This document shows, piece after piece, positions 1 through 9,863 of a stretch of DNA of 24,000 bases. The notes under the pieces were generated by a model that saw nothing but the letters and a program-made list of their open reading frames with translations, was not told where the DNA came from and did not search any database. The DNA is taken from assembly GCF_054903135.1 (NCBI RefSeq), contig NZ_CM142803.1; one strand, 5' to 3'. The position numbers and the translations under genes were made by a program. Each line of letters opens with the position of its first letter. Position 1 is the stretch's first letter.

Positions 1-809
1 ATAATTGCCTGAGAATCAGCAAAAGAGGTGGGATCGTAGCGATTCAGCGTCGAGTAAATGTAGGTTACCGTTGCCACGCAGCTTTGCCACCATGCGCTTT
101 GAGTTCGCCAGTTGGCATCGTCCGCGAGACAAAAGACATTCAGTTTTTGCAGCGCCAGCGCCTCTCTTTCAATCCGCGTTTCGGGTAGCGGTGCGAGGCT
201 GTCCGTCAGGTGGCTAATGGCATCATCAAGCCGATCATTAAGCGCCTGATGCATTTGCGAAATGGCACGACTGGGAAACCACAGCACGCCGATTAACGTC
301 ATCAGCAAGGTTGGATAGAGGCCAACAACGATACACCACAGCGTTAAGCGCACGACCACTTCCGGATAGTCGAGCATGGCGGGGAAGGTTTGCCCGTAAA
401 TGGCGACAATGGCGACGGCGAAAAAGACCAGTCCCAGCCGATGGGTGCGCATCAAAAACATACAGCCCATCAGGATCGGCCCGGCGATGATCAATCGGAT
501 CAACGGTTCGCCGTATGACCATTTGTAGATCAAAAACAGGCTGCCGATCTCCAGCACCGTGGCAACCACAAACAAGATCGCGACAAATTTGGTGTAAAAC
601 GCGTTCGACTGAATACCGTAAAACAGCACTGCCAGCGATAACGCCACGAATGGGATCTCAAAGGTCATCGAGATCAGAATCACCAGCAGGCAGCCTACCC
701 AGAGTTGCACGGTCTGCGGCACGCGGCCTGGTCGCCGCTCGCTTAACTCTTCATGAAAGAACGCCAGCAGCCTGACCACCGGTAATGGCAGGGAGTTGAG
801 CGCGCTCAT
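1..809 (-). CDS. mdtO: MdtO-like inner-membrane efflux component (FUSC-type), C-terminal part cut by window edge
   Basis: Minus-strand frame starting at ATG 809-807 (MSALNSLPLPVVRLLAFFHEELSERRPG...) runs to the window edge and ends there as ...TYIYSTLNRYDPTSFADSQAI. It is missing from the ORF track because its stop is outside the window. It overlaps the mdtN stop (TAATG). Matches recalled E. coli MdtO. Confidence 0.9.
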   Translation of the reverse strand, partial: MSALNSLPLPVVRLLAFFHEELSERRPGRVPQTVQLWVGCLLVILISMTFEIPFVALSLAVLFYGIQSNAFYTKFVAILFVVATVLEIGSLFLIYKWSYGEPLIRLIIAGPILMGCMFLMRTHRLGLVFFAVAIVAIYGQTFPAMLDYPEVVVRLTLWCIVVGLYPTLLMTLIGVLWFPSRAISQMHQALNDRLDDAISHLTDSLAPLPETRIEREALALQKLNVFCLADDANWRTQSAWWQSCVATVTYIYSTLNRYDPTSFADSQAI

Positions 810-1840
810 TATTGCGGCTCAAGATTAGCGACTGCCGAAGCGCCGATGCGGAACATTTCCGGGTCAGGTTTATCGACCATGATTTTGACCGGAAAACGCT
901 GGGCAACGCGGACCCAGTTAATAGAGCGAGAAACTTTCGGCAGGCCGCCCAGCACCAGGCCGCCGTCATCCGGTAGCACGCCGTAGCCAATCGAATCCAC
1001 TTTACCCTCGAAGGTTTTGCCGCTGTCACTCATCAGGCGAATCGTTGCGGGTGTACCTGAGCGAATATTTTTCAGATCGGTTTCGCGGAAGTTGGCGATC
1101 ACGTACCAGTGACGAGTATCGATTAGGGTAAAAATAGGGCGCATCGTAGATGCAAACTGCCCGACGGAGGTTTTGAGGGAAATGACCCGGCCATCAAACG
1201 GCGCGCGAACGGTCGCCATTTCCAGATGCAGTTTGGTCAGGGCAATATCCGCTTCGACCGCCGCACGCTGGGCAACTAATGCATCCACGCCGCTGACGGC
1301 GCTGGCGGCTGACTGCGCCTGCAACAATACAGCATTAAGATCGGCTTCTGCAGCGCGCTGCGCGGTCCTCGCACGGTCAACGTCTTCCGCTGAGACAAAA
1401 CCTTCTTTCAGTAATGGCTCGGTGCGGCGTAATGTATCTGTGGCCTGTTTCGCGGCGGCACGGGCTTTTTCTACCGTGGCGTTAACCGAGTCGGCACCAA
1501 ACTGTTGCGCGTCAACGCTACGCTGGGTGAGCATAATTTGCTTATCCAGCGCCGCGAGGGAGGCTTCAGCTTTCGCCAGATTGGCTTCGTACGGGCGCGG
1601 GTCAATGCGGAACAGCAAATCGCCCTGTTTGACTGCCTGGTTGTCGGTGACCGCCAGTTCTACAATGCGACCGCTGACTTCCGGCACCACATCAATGGTA
1701 TCTGCTGACGCGTAAGCGTCATTAGTTGATGGCGCACTGTCTACGCGCCAGATAACGAAAACAAGGGCAACCAGCGCCAACGCAACCACTAACAGAGCAG
1801 GGAATTTACTGCGAGGAGCTTTTTTCGGCGTACTTTCCAT
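809..1840 (-). CDS. mdtN: Membrane fusion protein of the MdtNOP multidrug efflux system
   Basis: 343 aa ORF with an N-terminal membrane anchor and HlyD/EmrA-type features (VSGRIVELAVTDNQAVKQGDLLFRIDPRPYEANLAKAEASL; VRAPFDGRV). Confidence 0.95.
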   Translation of the reverse strand: MESTPKKAPRSKFPALLVVALALVALVFVIWRVDSAPSTNDAYASADTIDVVPEVSGRIVELAVTDNQAVKQGDLLFRIDPRPYEANLAKAEASLAALDKQIMLTQRSVDAQQFGADSVNATVEKARAAAKQATDTLRRTEPLLKEGFVSAEDVDRARTAQRAAEADLNAVLLQAQSAASAVSGVDALVAQRAAVEADIALTKLHLEMATVRAPFDGRVISLKTSVGQFASTMRPIFTLIDTRHWYVIANFRETDLKNIRSGTPATIRLMSDSGKTFEGKVDSIGYGVLPDDGGLVLGGLPKVSRSINWVRVAQRFPVKIMVDKPDPEMFRIGASAVANLEPQ

Positions 1841-1858
1841 GAGCGCGTCTCAAATAGA

Positions 1859-2134
1859 TTAGAAAAATGCCAGCCAGAACAGCATGGCGTAGAGAGCAAA
1901 AAGGGCGGTATAAATAATTCCGACAAATGCCAGATTGATATTTGCCCGCTGAATAACTCGCCTCGTGATGAGCATCAAAATAAGGCTGGCAATGGCGCAG
2001 AAAAACCAGCTGGGATAATAAGCACCGATCACCGGGATTGCCGGAGATAATGAGCATCCCGAAACCATGAAGACGGGAATTATCCAGGCTGTTTTTTTGA
2101 GTTGCATCGCCATGCGAGAGAGAACTGTTGGCAT
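1859..2134 (-). CDS. ytcA: YtcA family small lipoprotein/membrane protein
   Basis: 91 aa from MPTVLSRM; contains the lipobox-like VSGC and two hydrophobic segments. Lies immediately upstream of mdtN. Confidence 0.85.
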   Translation of the reverse strand: MPTVLSRMAMQLKKTAWIIPVFMVSGCSLSPAIPVIGAYYPSWFFCAIASLILMLITRRVIQRANINLAFVGIIYTALFALYAMLFWLAFF

Positions 2135-2304
2135 ATTAAATACATCCTGTCTGCTGCGAACAATATCTGTAGTGAATATCAATATCCATTGAAGGCGTCA
2201 GTATGGCTATTTTCTCGATGAATAAAAATAGCTTTATTCAGCCACCGCATTCATAACTTATATATTTTATTTATTAATTGGCTGTATATATTTTTAAAAT
2301 AAAT

Positions 2305-2334
2305 GCTTTTGGGGGCTTCAGCGCCCCCAAAAGC
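2305..2334 (-). terminator. Probable intrinsic terminator of yjcS (possibly bidirectional)
   Basis: Perfect 12-bp inverted repeat GCTTTTGGGGGC-ttcagc-GCCCCCAAAAGC just downstream of the yjcS stop, followed on the minus strand by ATTTATTTT. Confidence 0.65.
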
Positions 2335-2342
2335 GAGTGACA

Positions 2343-4328
2343 TTAATTTGGGGTTACGATATTCACCCACAAATCGAAATTATCCAGACAGGCGATAATT
2401 TCTTCCAGTTTCGCGCCATTGCCAATAATTTTGGCTTTCTTCGCTTTTACCAGATCCGCCATTTTGGCTTGCCCGGTCAGCACGGCGTGCAGATCTTCAC
2501 GGCTGATGTAGAAAGAGGCGTCAGCTTGGGATTGCAGTGTTTTACGGTAGTTAAGCACGCTATCGTTCAGCGTCAGGTTGAGGTTATCGCCATTGCTCAT
2601 ATTGAAGTTCAGGCTGATATTTTTACCCGCGGCTTTCGCGCTATCGAGGCGAACGGACATAAAGTCGAACAGCATTTCGACCGACATCCCGCGAATGGTG
2701 TCCGGGGAACCGGTGGTGCCGTGGCTGAACTTATGCACCCCTTCGCGCAGCTCTTTCGCGCCGGTCAGGTAGAAACCGCGCCAGGTGGCGGACTCGGCCT
2801 GATAGCCCAGCTGTTCAAAGTTATTCGCTTGCAGATTCTTCGCGACCTGGTCACCCGGGTTGGCGGCAATCACCTGTTTCAGCAGTTCTGCCGACCAGCG
2901 GTAATCACCTTGCTTGTTCGCTTCTTGCGCCAGGTTGATGACACGGGCAGAACCGCCCAGCGCCTGCACGTAACGTTTACCCATCTCCACCTGACCATAC
3001 GGATGCAGGTTAGCCGGGTTACCGTCGTAATAGCCAAGATAGAAGTTATACACCGCGCGGGCGTTGTGGCTGACAGAACCGTAATAGCCACGGCTGGCCC
3101 AGTTATTGGCAAGTGCAGGCGGCAGTTTAATCATGTCGCCGATTTCATTCATGGTGTAGCCCTGGTTCGCCAGGTGCAGGGTCTGGTCGTGAATGTACTT
3201 GATAGTATCGCGATATTTACCAATATAATCATTGATATGCTTATTGCCCCAGACCGGCCAGGTGTGCGGCATAAACAGGACTTCCGCGTCGTTACCCCAC
3301 ATATCCAGCGTTTCGTTCAGATACTCGGTCCACTTGCTGGTGTCGCGGGTTTTCGCGCCGCGCAGAGTGTAGAAGTTGTGCAGGGTATGCGTGGCGTTCT
3401 CGGCGGTACACAGCGCTTTCAGGGCCGGAATATAGAAGTGCATTTCGGCTGGTGCTTCGCTACCTGGGGTCATCAGGAAGTCAAACTCCAGGCCGTCGAT
3501 AATCATCTTCTCACCGGTTTTGGTGATGGTTTTGTTCGGTGCGATGATGCTCGGGTAGCCCGATGCCAGCGTTACGCCAAGACCATTGCCGATGTTACCC
3601 TGAGGGTTATGCGCCAGCAGCAGGCCGTAGGAGTAAAGTGCACGGCGGCTCATAATATTACCCGCCAGTACGTTTTCGCTGATGGCTTCGTCCATAAAGC
3701 CAGCAGGGGCGATAACCTGCACTTTACCGGATTTCACATCGGCTTCAGAGATAATGCCTTTCACGCCGCCATAGTGGTCGGTATGGCTGTGGGTATAAAT
3801 AACCGCAACAATCGGTTTTTGCGGGCGATTTTGGAAGTAAAGGTCAAGGGCGGCTTTTGCGCTCGGTGGCGTCACCAGCGGGTCGATGACAATAATCCCG
3901 GTATCACCTTCGATAAAGGTGATGTTGGAGATATCCTGACCGCGAACCTGGTACATTCTGTCGGTGACTTTAAACAAGCCGGAAATACCGTTTAACTGCG
4001 ACTGACGCCACAGGCTAGGGTTAACGGTTTCGGGCGCGGGCGCATTGATATCAAATTTATAATCTTCCCCGCGATAATATGGTTTGCCATTAGCATCGCG
4101 CAGAATACCTTCATCCAGCAGCGGAGCGATAAATCCACGCTGAGCGTCGTCAAAATCCTGACGATCGCTAAACGGTAATGATTTGGCGTAATTCTGATTA
4201 ACCTGTTGGGTATATTGAGTGGCGGCTTTCGCTTCATCTGTTGCGTAAGCGGTATTTACCATCATGCCGCTGGCGGCAGTTAACGCAATAACAATTCTGC
4301 TCAAACGGAATAACCGAGAGTTATTCAT
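2343..4328 (-). CDS. yjcS: Exported alkyl sulfatase / metallo-beta-lactamase-fold protein YjcS
   Basis: 661 aa from [21 protein letters not shown] (signal peptide-like); metal-binding motif [10 protein letters not shown]; C-terminal sterol-carrier-like segment. An upstream in-frame start at 4340 is also possible. Confidence 0.93.
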   Translation of the reverse strand: MNNSRLFRLSRIVIALTAASGMMVNTAYATDEAKAATQYTQQVNQNYAKSLPFSDRQDFDDAQRGFIAPLLDEGILRDANGKPYYRGEDYKFDINAPAPETVNPSLWRQSQLNGISGLFKVTDRMYQVRGQDISNITFIEGDTGIIVIDPLVTPPSAKAALDLYFQNRPQKPIVAVIYTHSHTDHYGGVKGIISEADVKSGKVQVIAPAGFMDEAISENVLAGNIMSRRALYSYGLLLAHNPQGNIGNGLGVTLASGYPSIIAPNKTITKTGEKMIIDGLEFDFLMTPGSEAPAEMHFYIPALKALCTAENATHTLHNFYTLRGAKTRDTSKWTEYLNETLDMWGNDAEVLFMPHTWPVWGNKHINDYIGKYRDTIKYIHDQTLHLANQGYTMNEIGDMIKLPPALANNWASRGYYGSVSHNARAVYNFYLGYYDGNPANLHPYGQVEMGKRYVQALGGSARVINLAQEANKQGDYRWSAELLKQVIAANPGDQVAKNLQANNFEQLGYQAESATWRGFYLTGAKELREGVHKFSHGTTGSPDTIRGMSVEMLFDFMSVRLDSAKAAGKNISLNFNMSNGDNLNLTLNDSVLNYRKTLQSQADASFYISREDLHAVLTGQAKMADLVKAKKAKIIGNGAKLEEIIACLDNFDLWVNIVTPN

Positions 4329-4634
4329 ATAAATCTCCATTTATCATTTATGTCGTAAATATGTAATCCATGCAAAATACGTCATTTAAAGCTGGGGTTA
4401 TCATAATTGGGAATTTGCGACTTTAATAAGTGGAAGTGTGAGCGGAACGATCCATTTTATTAGGCATTTGTGCTGAAGGGGGAAAATTACGCGAATTTAT
4501 TATCTCTGTAAATAATATGAGGTGTTTTATATATTTATTATATATATTGTACTTCGGCAAATACTGAGCACAATTTATCAATGCAACCGGTGTTTCTTTT
4601 TAAAAAACGTACCGGAGCAATGGGCGGTCATGTC

Positions 4635-4674
4635 GCTGGCACCGCAGGATTCTGCGTTGCTGTGCCAGCCTTTT
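4635..4674 (+). terminator. Terminator-like hairpin in the yjcS-rpiB junction
   Basis: GCTGGCAC CGCAG gatt CTGCG ttgct GTGCCAGC C TTTT: an 8-bp outer stem, a 5-bp inner stem and a trailing T run on the + strand. Confidence 0.4.
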
Positions 4675-4691
4675 ATTCATGGTCAATGAGT

Positions 4692-4898
4692 GAGGTGATT
4701 GATAAAGACACCAGGTCGTCAGAGCGCACTGATTATCCGCATTATGCCAGTGAAGTTGCACTGGCTTTTGGTTCACGAGTGGTTGGCCTCGAACTGGCAA
4801 AAATGATTGTGGATGCGTGGCTGGGCGCACAGTACGAAGGCGGTCGTCATCAACAACGCGTGGAGGCGATTACGGCAATAGAGCAGCGGAGAAATTGA
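4692..4898 (+). pseudogene. rpiB: Remnant of allose-6-phosphate isomerase / ribose-5-phosphate isomerase B, with 5' end replaced and internal in-frame deletion
   Basis: Translated segments EVIDKDTRSSERTDYPHYASEVAL and AFGSRVVGLELAKMIVDAWLGAQYEGGRHQQRVEAITAIEQRRN match recalled E. coli RpiB N-proximal and C-terminal parts. About 53 residues between them are missing, including the CGTGVGISIAAN region, and the native start is absent. Confidence 0.88.
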
Positions 4899-4966
4899 GA
4901 TTCATCCACTACTTGCATGGATGAGTAATGATTAATGTGGATAGAGTTTCTTTTTGAGGTTGGCTA

Positions 4967-5296
4967 ATGAAACGCTTTCCGCTATTTCTTTTATTCACCC
5001 TGCTCACGCTGTCCACCGTTCCGGCCCAGGCTGATATTATCGACGATACTATTGGTAATATTCAGCAGGCGATTAATGACGCTTATAACCCTGACCGTGG
5101 GCGAGACTATGAAGATTCGCGCGACGACGGCTGGCAGCGTGAAGTGAGCGACGATCGGCGCAGACAATATGACGACCGCCGCCGCCAGTTTGAAGATCGC
5201 CGCAGGCAGCTGGACGATCGCCAGCGCCAGCTTGATCAGGAGCGTCGGCAACTGGAGGATGAAGAGCGGAGAATGGAAGATGAGTATGGGCGATGA
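4967..5296 (+). CDS. yjdP: YjdP, small exported D/R/Q-rich low-complexity protein
   Basis: 109 aa with signal peptide MKRFPLFLLFTLLTLSTVPAQA, then DDRRRQYDDRRRQFEDRRRQLDDRQRQLD repeats. Confidence 0.88.
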   Translation: MKRFPLFLLFTLLTLSTVPAQADIIDDTIGNIQQAINDAYNPDRGRDYEDSRDDGWQREVSDDRRRQYDDRRRQFEDRRRQLDDRQRQLDQERRQLEDEERRMEDEYGR

Positions 5297-5318
5297 GGTT
5301 GGGTATGGAGCAGGCATC

Positions 5319-5420
5319 GCCCCTCACCCCAATGGGGAGAGGGAGAAAACGAGCGCAATATTCAATATCGAGCACAATCGGTCCCCTCGCCCCTCTGGGG
5401 AGAGGGTTAGGGTGAGGGGG
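5319..5420. repeat. Imperfect palindromic intergenic repeat with CCCCTCACCC / GGGTGAGGGG ends and GGGGAGAGGG cores
   Basis: Two half units: CCCCTCACCCCAAtGGGGAGAGGG and CCCCTCGCCCCTCTGGGGAGAGGGTTAGGGTGAGGGG, separated by a roughly 40-nt spacer, between the convergent genes yjdP and phnP. Confidence 0.7.
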
Positions 5421-5442
5421 CCAGCGCGCACATTCCCTCTCA

Positions 5443-6201
5443 TCACGCCACCCCAATCTCCATCCCATCAAACCCCACCTCAAACCCTGACGGTAGTGCG
5501 TTTTCCATCAGCCACGCATCAAACTGGTGGCTGATATGGGTCAGAATCACCTGTGGCGAGCGGATAACCTGATTCAGCGCAAGCACGGTATTTAAATCAC
5601 AGTGATTACGCGGTGCATCCGCGCGCGGCGGGTGACTGCAATCAATCACCATCACCTGCGGATGATTATTGAGTAAAAATTTCAGCGTTTTTTCCGGCAG
5701 GCCAGCGGTGTCAGACAGCCACGCCACCCGGCTATGTGCCGTTTCCAGCAGATAACCGAAGGTCAGTTTTGAGTGGTTAAGCGGCAGCGGCGTGACCTGC
5801 AACCCCTGCAAATCAAACACCACAAACGGTACCACTGTGTGGCTGAAATCAAGCAGGCCCGGATGTTTAAACAGATCGTCGCAGCCCTGTTCATCCGGCG
5901 GGCCGTAGACCGGGATCACATCGCCCACGCCCCAGCGTAGCGGAAATAGCCCTTGGACGTGATCCATATGGTAGTGCGTCAGCAAAAACTGCTGGAACGA
6001 TCCAGGCGACCAGCGATCGGTGAGATCGTGCCGCCCGGCGTCGATCAGGGTGATCGCGTCGTTAAACTTCACTACGCCGCTGCATGGCTGGCGGCGATAC
6101 TGCGGCGAGCGCCGCGCTCTGGCGCAGGCCGCGCACTCGCAGCCCCATGCCGGAACGCCCTGTGCGCCGCCAGTGCCGGTGAGCGTGAGGGTCAGGCTCA
6201 T
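5443..6201 (-). CDS. phnP: PhnP, phosphoribosyl cyclic phosphate phosphodiesterase (metallo-beta-lactamase fold)
   Basis: 252 aa from [26 protein letters not shown]; [11 protein letters not shown] motif; end of the phn operon. The track ORF extends upstream to 6249. Confidence 0.95.
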   Translation of the reverse strand: MSLTLTLTGTGGAQGVPAWGCECAACARARRSPQYRRQPCSGVVKFNDAITLIDAGRHDLTDRWSPGSFQQFLLTHYHMDHVQGLFPLRWGVGDVIPVYGPPDEQGCDDLFKHPGLLDFSHTVVPFVVFDLQGLQVTPLPLNHSKLTFGYLLETAHSRVAWLSDTAGLPEKTLKFLLNNHPQVMVIDCSHPPRADAPRNHCDLNTVLALNQVIRSPQVILTHISHQFDAWLMENALPSGFEVGFDGMEIGVA

Positions 6202-6202
6202 G

Positions 6203-6637
6203 TTACAGCGCCTTGGTGAAGCGGAAGTGGCTCTGCTCGTAGCCTTCACGCAGGTAAAAACGGTGTGCGTCGTGGCGCTTCACGTTGGTGGAAAGCTCGG
6301 TCATTTCGGCCCCGGCCTGGCGGGCTTCTTCTTCTGCCCATGCCAGTAATTTACTGCCGACGTTCAGACCGCGCGCCTGCGGCATCACCACCAGTTCCTG
6401 AATTTCGCCGATCCAGTTGACATGATGCAGATGAAACTGCAAATGCAGGCCGATCATGCCGACAACTTCGCCATCCAGCAGCGCCAGATGGTAGCGCATG
6501 TTTGGGTCGCGCAGGTTGGCGTTAAAGCCCACGCGAAACGCATGGTGGTCAAACTCCGCCTGTTTTAGCTCACAAATCAGCGCGTAAACCGCGTCGGTAT
6601 CGTACTGCGTGGCCGGGCGAAGCTCACAAGCAGGCAT
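6203..6637 (-). CDS. phnO: PhnO, aminoalkylphosphonate N-acetyltransferase (GNAT)
   Basis: 144 aa; GNAT-like core [31 protein letters not shown]. Confidence 0.95.
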
Positions 6638-7181
6638 GGTGTTTCTCCTTCTGATGGATCAGCGTCAGCAGCGTGTCGACCGACTGGCGCAGGCTGCCGT
6701 CATTGTTGAGCGTATGGCAATCCTGTGGAGTATAGCGGGCGGCGCGCGCCAGGCGGGCGTTAATTTCACTGGCGTTTTCACGGCCACGGTTTTCCAGGCG
6801 CTGGCGCAGGATCTCCGGCGAAACCTGTAAACAGACGGGCAGCAGCGCCGATTGATAGCGCGCCCGTGCCTGCGGCAAATGCGCGCGTGAACCGTTGACG
6901 ACTACGTCGAATCCAGCGTGCAGCCAGAGGTCAATCTCGATGCCGACGCCATAATACAGACCGTTAGCGTGCCAGCTTAAGGCCAGCAGGTTTTGCCCCG
7001 CGCGGGTAAAAAACTCCCGCTCACTCAGGGCGATATGGTTTTCACTTCCGGCGCTGGCGTCGCGCGTGATGTAGCGATGCGCCACCAGTAACTGCGTTTG
7101 TTCCCGCAGGCGGAGTTCCGCCAGCAGGCTGTCTTTCCCGGAGCCGGACGGCCCCATTAACCAAATCAGTTTTCCCATCAT
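6624..7181 (-). CDS. phnN: PhnN, ribose 1,5-bisphosphate phosphokinase
   Basis: 185 aa; P-loop [10 protein letters not shown]; operon position. Confidence 0.95.
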
Positions 7182-8317
7182 CAGAACACCCTTTTACCCT
7201 GACGCCAGACGTGGTCGATATGAATGTGATTGCCCTGGCGATGCGCCAGCACCAGGTCAGCGCGTTTACCCTCGCCAATCACCCCGCGATCCTGAAGATT
7301 CAGCGCCTGCGCCGGATTTTTGGTCACCAGCCTCACCGCCTGCGGTAGCGTAAAGCGGTTGCTCTCGTCATCGGCGACGCGGAACGCCGCATCCAGCAGG
7401 CTGGCGGGGTAGTAGTCGGAAGAGAGGATATCCAGCAGACCAAGCTGCGCCAGTTCACTGGCCGCCACATTGCCGGAGTGCGAGCCGCCACGCACGATAT
7501 TTGGCGCACCCATCAGCACGTTCATGCCATGCTTACGCGAGGCTTCCGCCGCTTCGAACGTGGTGGGAAATTCGGCGATCACGCTGCCAAGTTGGTAGGA
7601 TTCGGCAACGTGGGCGTGCGTGGCGTCATCGTGGCTGGCGAGCGCAATTTGTCGCGCGCGGCACAGGGCGGCGATGGATTCGCGATTCGGCTGCGACCAG
7701 CGTGCGGCGAGCGCCAATTGCTCTTCTTCGTACTGCTGCATCTGCGCATCGGTGAGGGAGTATTTGCCCTGATAATATTCGCGATACTTCTCGCGGTTAG
7801 CGAACTGGCGCTGGCCCGGTGAGTGGTCCATCAGCGACACCAGCGTCACCGGTTCGCGCTGAACCAGTTTTTCAAACAGCGGCAGTGTGGTGTGATGCGG
7901 CAGCTCGCAGCGCAGGTGCAGACGGTGCTCGGCGCGGTTGACGCCGCGTTTCTGCGTCTCTTCGATGGTGTTGATCATCTTCTCCAGATTCTCCAGCCGA
8001 TCGCCGCCGTCGCGCACGTCGCCAATCGCCACCGCGTCCAGCACGGTGGTGATGCCGCTTGCCACCATCAGCGCGTCGTGGCTGCTCATCGCCGAATGGG
8101 CGGGCCAGTCGACTTTCGGGCGCGGGGTGAAGAATTTATCGAGGTTGTCGGTATGCAGCTCAATCAGGCCGGGTAGTAGCCAGCCACCTTCGCCGTCCAT
8201 CGCTTCTGGCAGGCGGCTCTGGCTTTCGGCAAAGGCGCGGATTTCGCCATCCTGCACCTCCAGCGAACCGTGTACCACTTCGTTTTCCAGCACCAGTTTG
8301 ACGTTATTGATAATCAT
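7181..8317 (-). CDS. phnM: PhnM, alpha-D-ribose 1-methylphosphonate 5-triphosphate diphosphatase
   Basis: 378 aa amidohydrolase-like protein ([16 protein letters not shown]; DHSPGQRQF; SDYYPASLL). Confidence 0.95.
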   Translation of the reverse strand: MIINNVKLVLENEVVHGSLEVQDGEIRAFAESQSRLPEAMDGEGGWLLPGLIELHTDNLDKFFTPRPKVDWPAHSAMSSHDALMVASGITTVLDAVAIGDVRDGGDRLENLEKMINTIEETQKRGVNRAEHRLHLRCELPHHTTLPLFEKLVQREPVTLVSLMDHSPGQRQFANREKYREYYQGKYSLTDAQMQQYEEEQLALAARWSQPNRESIAALCRARQIALASHDDATHAHVAESYQLGSVIAEFPTTFEAAEASRKHGMNVLMGAPNIVRGGSHSGNVAASELAQLGLLDILSSDYYPASLLDAAFRVADDESNRFTLPQAVRLVTKNPAQALNLQDRGVIGEGKRADLVLAHRQGNHIHIDHVWRQGKRVF

Positions 8318-8994
8318 GCAGAGGCTCCCATTGGGTGCAAGCGGTCGGCGACGTCATTACGTACGACTTCGTCATGGAAGATGCCGACGATGGCCGCGCC
8401 ACGGGTTTTGGCTTCGCGAATCAGCTCGACTACGGCGGCGCTGTTTTTGGCGTCCAGCGAGGCGGTAGGTTCGTCGAGCAGCAGAATGGGGTAGTCGACG
8501 ATAAAGCCGCGGGCGATGTTGACGCGCTGCTGTTCGCCACCGGAAAAGGTTGATGGCGCCAGGTGCCACAGGCGTTCCGGCACGTTCAGGCGGGTGAGCA
8601 GACGCGCGGCTTTAGCGGCGCAGGCTTCACGCGGAACGCCGGTATCGAGCAGCGGCTGCATCACCACTTCCAGTGCTGAAATACGCGGGATGACGCGCAG
8701 AAACTGGCTCACCCAGCCGACGGTGGTTTTGCGGATCTCCACCACTTTGCGCGCTGGCGCGGTGACCAGATCGACCCATTCGTCACCGTGTTTGATCTGG
8801 ATTTGCCCTTCGTCGGGCAGATAGTTGGCGTACAGCGAGCGCAGCAAGGTTGATTTGCCGCTGCCGGAATGGCCGTGGAGCACCACGCATTCGCCCGCGT
8901 TGACGGTGAGCGAGGCACGTTGTAAGACGGGCAGGCGCACGCCGTTTTGCTGGTGCAGGATGAAGGTTTTACTGACGTTTTGTACGTTAATCAT
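8314..8994 (-). CDS. phnL: PhnL, ATP-binding subunit associated with C-P lyase
   Basis: 226 aa from [24 protein letters not shown]; Walker [10 protein letters not shown], signature [13 protein letters not shown], Walker [13 protein letters not shown]. The upstream 262 codons of the track ORF cross the REP and antiparallel phnK frames and are not coding. Confidence 0.95.
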   Translation of the reverse strand: MINVQNVSKTFILHQQNGVRLPVLQRASLTVNAGECVVLHGHSGSGKSTLLRSLYANYLPDEGQIQIKHGDEWVDLVTAPARKVVEIRKTTVGWVSQFLRVIPRISALEVVMQPLLDTGVPREACAAKAARLLTRLNVPERLWHLAPSTFSGGEQQRVNIARGFIVDYPILLLDEPTASLDAKNSAAVVELIREAKTRGAAIVGIFHDEVVRNDVADRLHPMGASA

Positions 8995-9010
8995 TTTTCG
9001 CCTCGTGGTT

Positions 9011-9102
<92 letters not shown>

Positions 9103-9104
9103 GC

Positions 9105-9863
9105 TCAATTCTGCAAAACCGATGACACCAGCAGTTGTGTATACGGATGGTGCGGGTCGTCGAGCACGCGGTCGGTTAACCCACTCTCCACCACTTGCCC
9201 CTGCTTCATCACCAGCAAACGGTCCGCCAGCAGGCGGGCGACGCCTAAATCGTGGGTGACAATCACTACCGCGAGGTTCAGCTCCACCACCAGGCCGCGC
9301 AGCAGGTCGAGCAGGCGTGCCTGTACCGACACATCCAGTCCGCCGGTCGGCTCGTCCATAAACACCAGCTTCGGATGCGTCACCAGGTTGCGGGCGATCT
9401 GCAAACGTTGCTGCATGCCGCCGGAAAAGGTGGTCGGCAGGTCGTCGATCCGGTTGGCGGGAATTTCCACCTCTTCCAGCCACTTCTGCGCGGTGGCACG
9501 AATATCGCCGTAATGACGTGCCCCGGTCGCCATCAGCCGCTCGCCGATATTGCCGCCTGCCGAGACCTGACGGCGCAGGCCGTCGAGTGGATGCTGATGC
9601 ACTACGCCCCATTCGGTGCGCAGCAGGCGACGGCGGTCGGCCTCGCTCATTGCATACAGCGAACGGTTCTCGTAGTGAATCTCCCCCTGCTGCGGCGTCA
9701 GACGCGCGGAGATCGACTTCAGCAGCGTGGTCTTCCCGGAGCCGGATTCTCCGACAATGCCCAGCACTTCTCCCGGCCATAAATCAAAAGAGACATCGCT
9801 AAAGCCTTTGCCCGGCGCGTAAAGGTGGGTCAGGTTATTGACCGAAAGTAACGGTTTATTCAT
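9105..9863 (-). CDS. phnK: PhnK, C-P lyase ABC-type ATP-binding subunit
   Basis: 252 aa from [21 protein letters not shown]; Walker [10 protein letters not shown]; [15 protein letters not shown]; [12 protein letters not shown]. Confidence 0.95.
   Translation of the reverse strand: MNKPLLSVNNLTHLYAPGKGFSDVSFDLWPGEVLGIVGESGSGKTTLLKSISARLTPQQGEIHYENRSLYAMSEADRRRLLRTEWGVVHQHPLDGLRRQVSAGGNIGERLMATGARHYGDIRATAQKWLEEVEIPANRIDDLPTTFSGGMQQRLQIARNLVTHPKLVFMDEPTGGLDVSVQARLLDLLRGLVVELNLAVVIVTHDLGVARLLADRLLVMKQGQVVESGLTDRVLDDPHHPYTQLLVSSVLQN

Noticed and set aside
2305-2334. Strong G/C stem-loop as a possible small RNA
   Set aside because: Position just after the yjcS stop and the following U-rich tract fit an ordinary terminator.
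2337-3995. 552-aa open frame on the + strand antisense to yjcS
   Set aside because: Explained by codon bias of the confidently assigned yjcS on the other strand. Composition is typical of a shadow ORF, with no recognisable domain. Long but not supported as coding.
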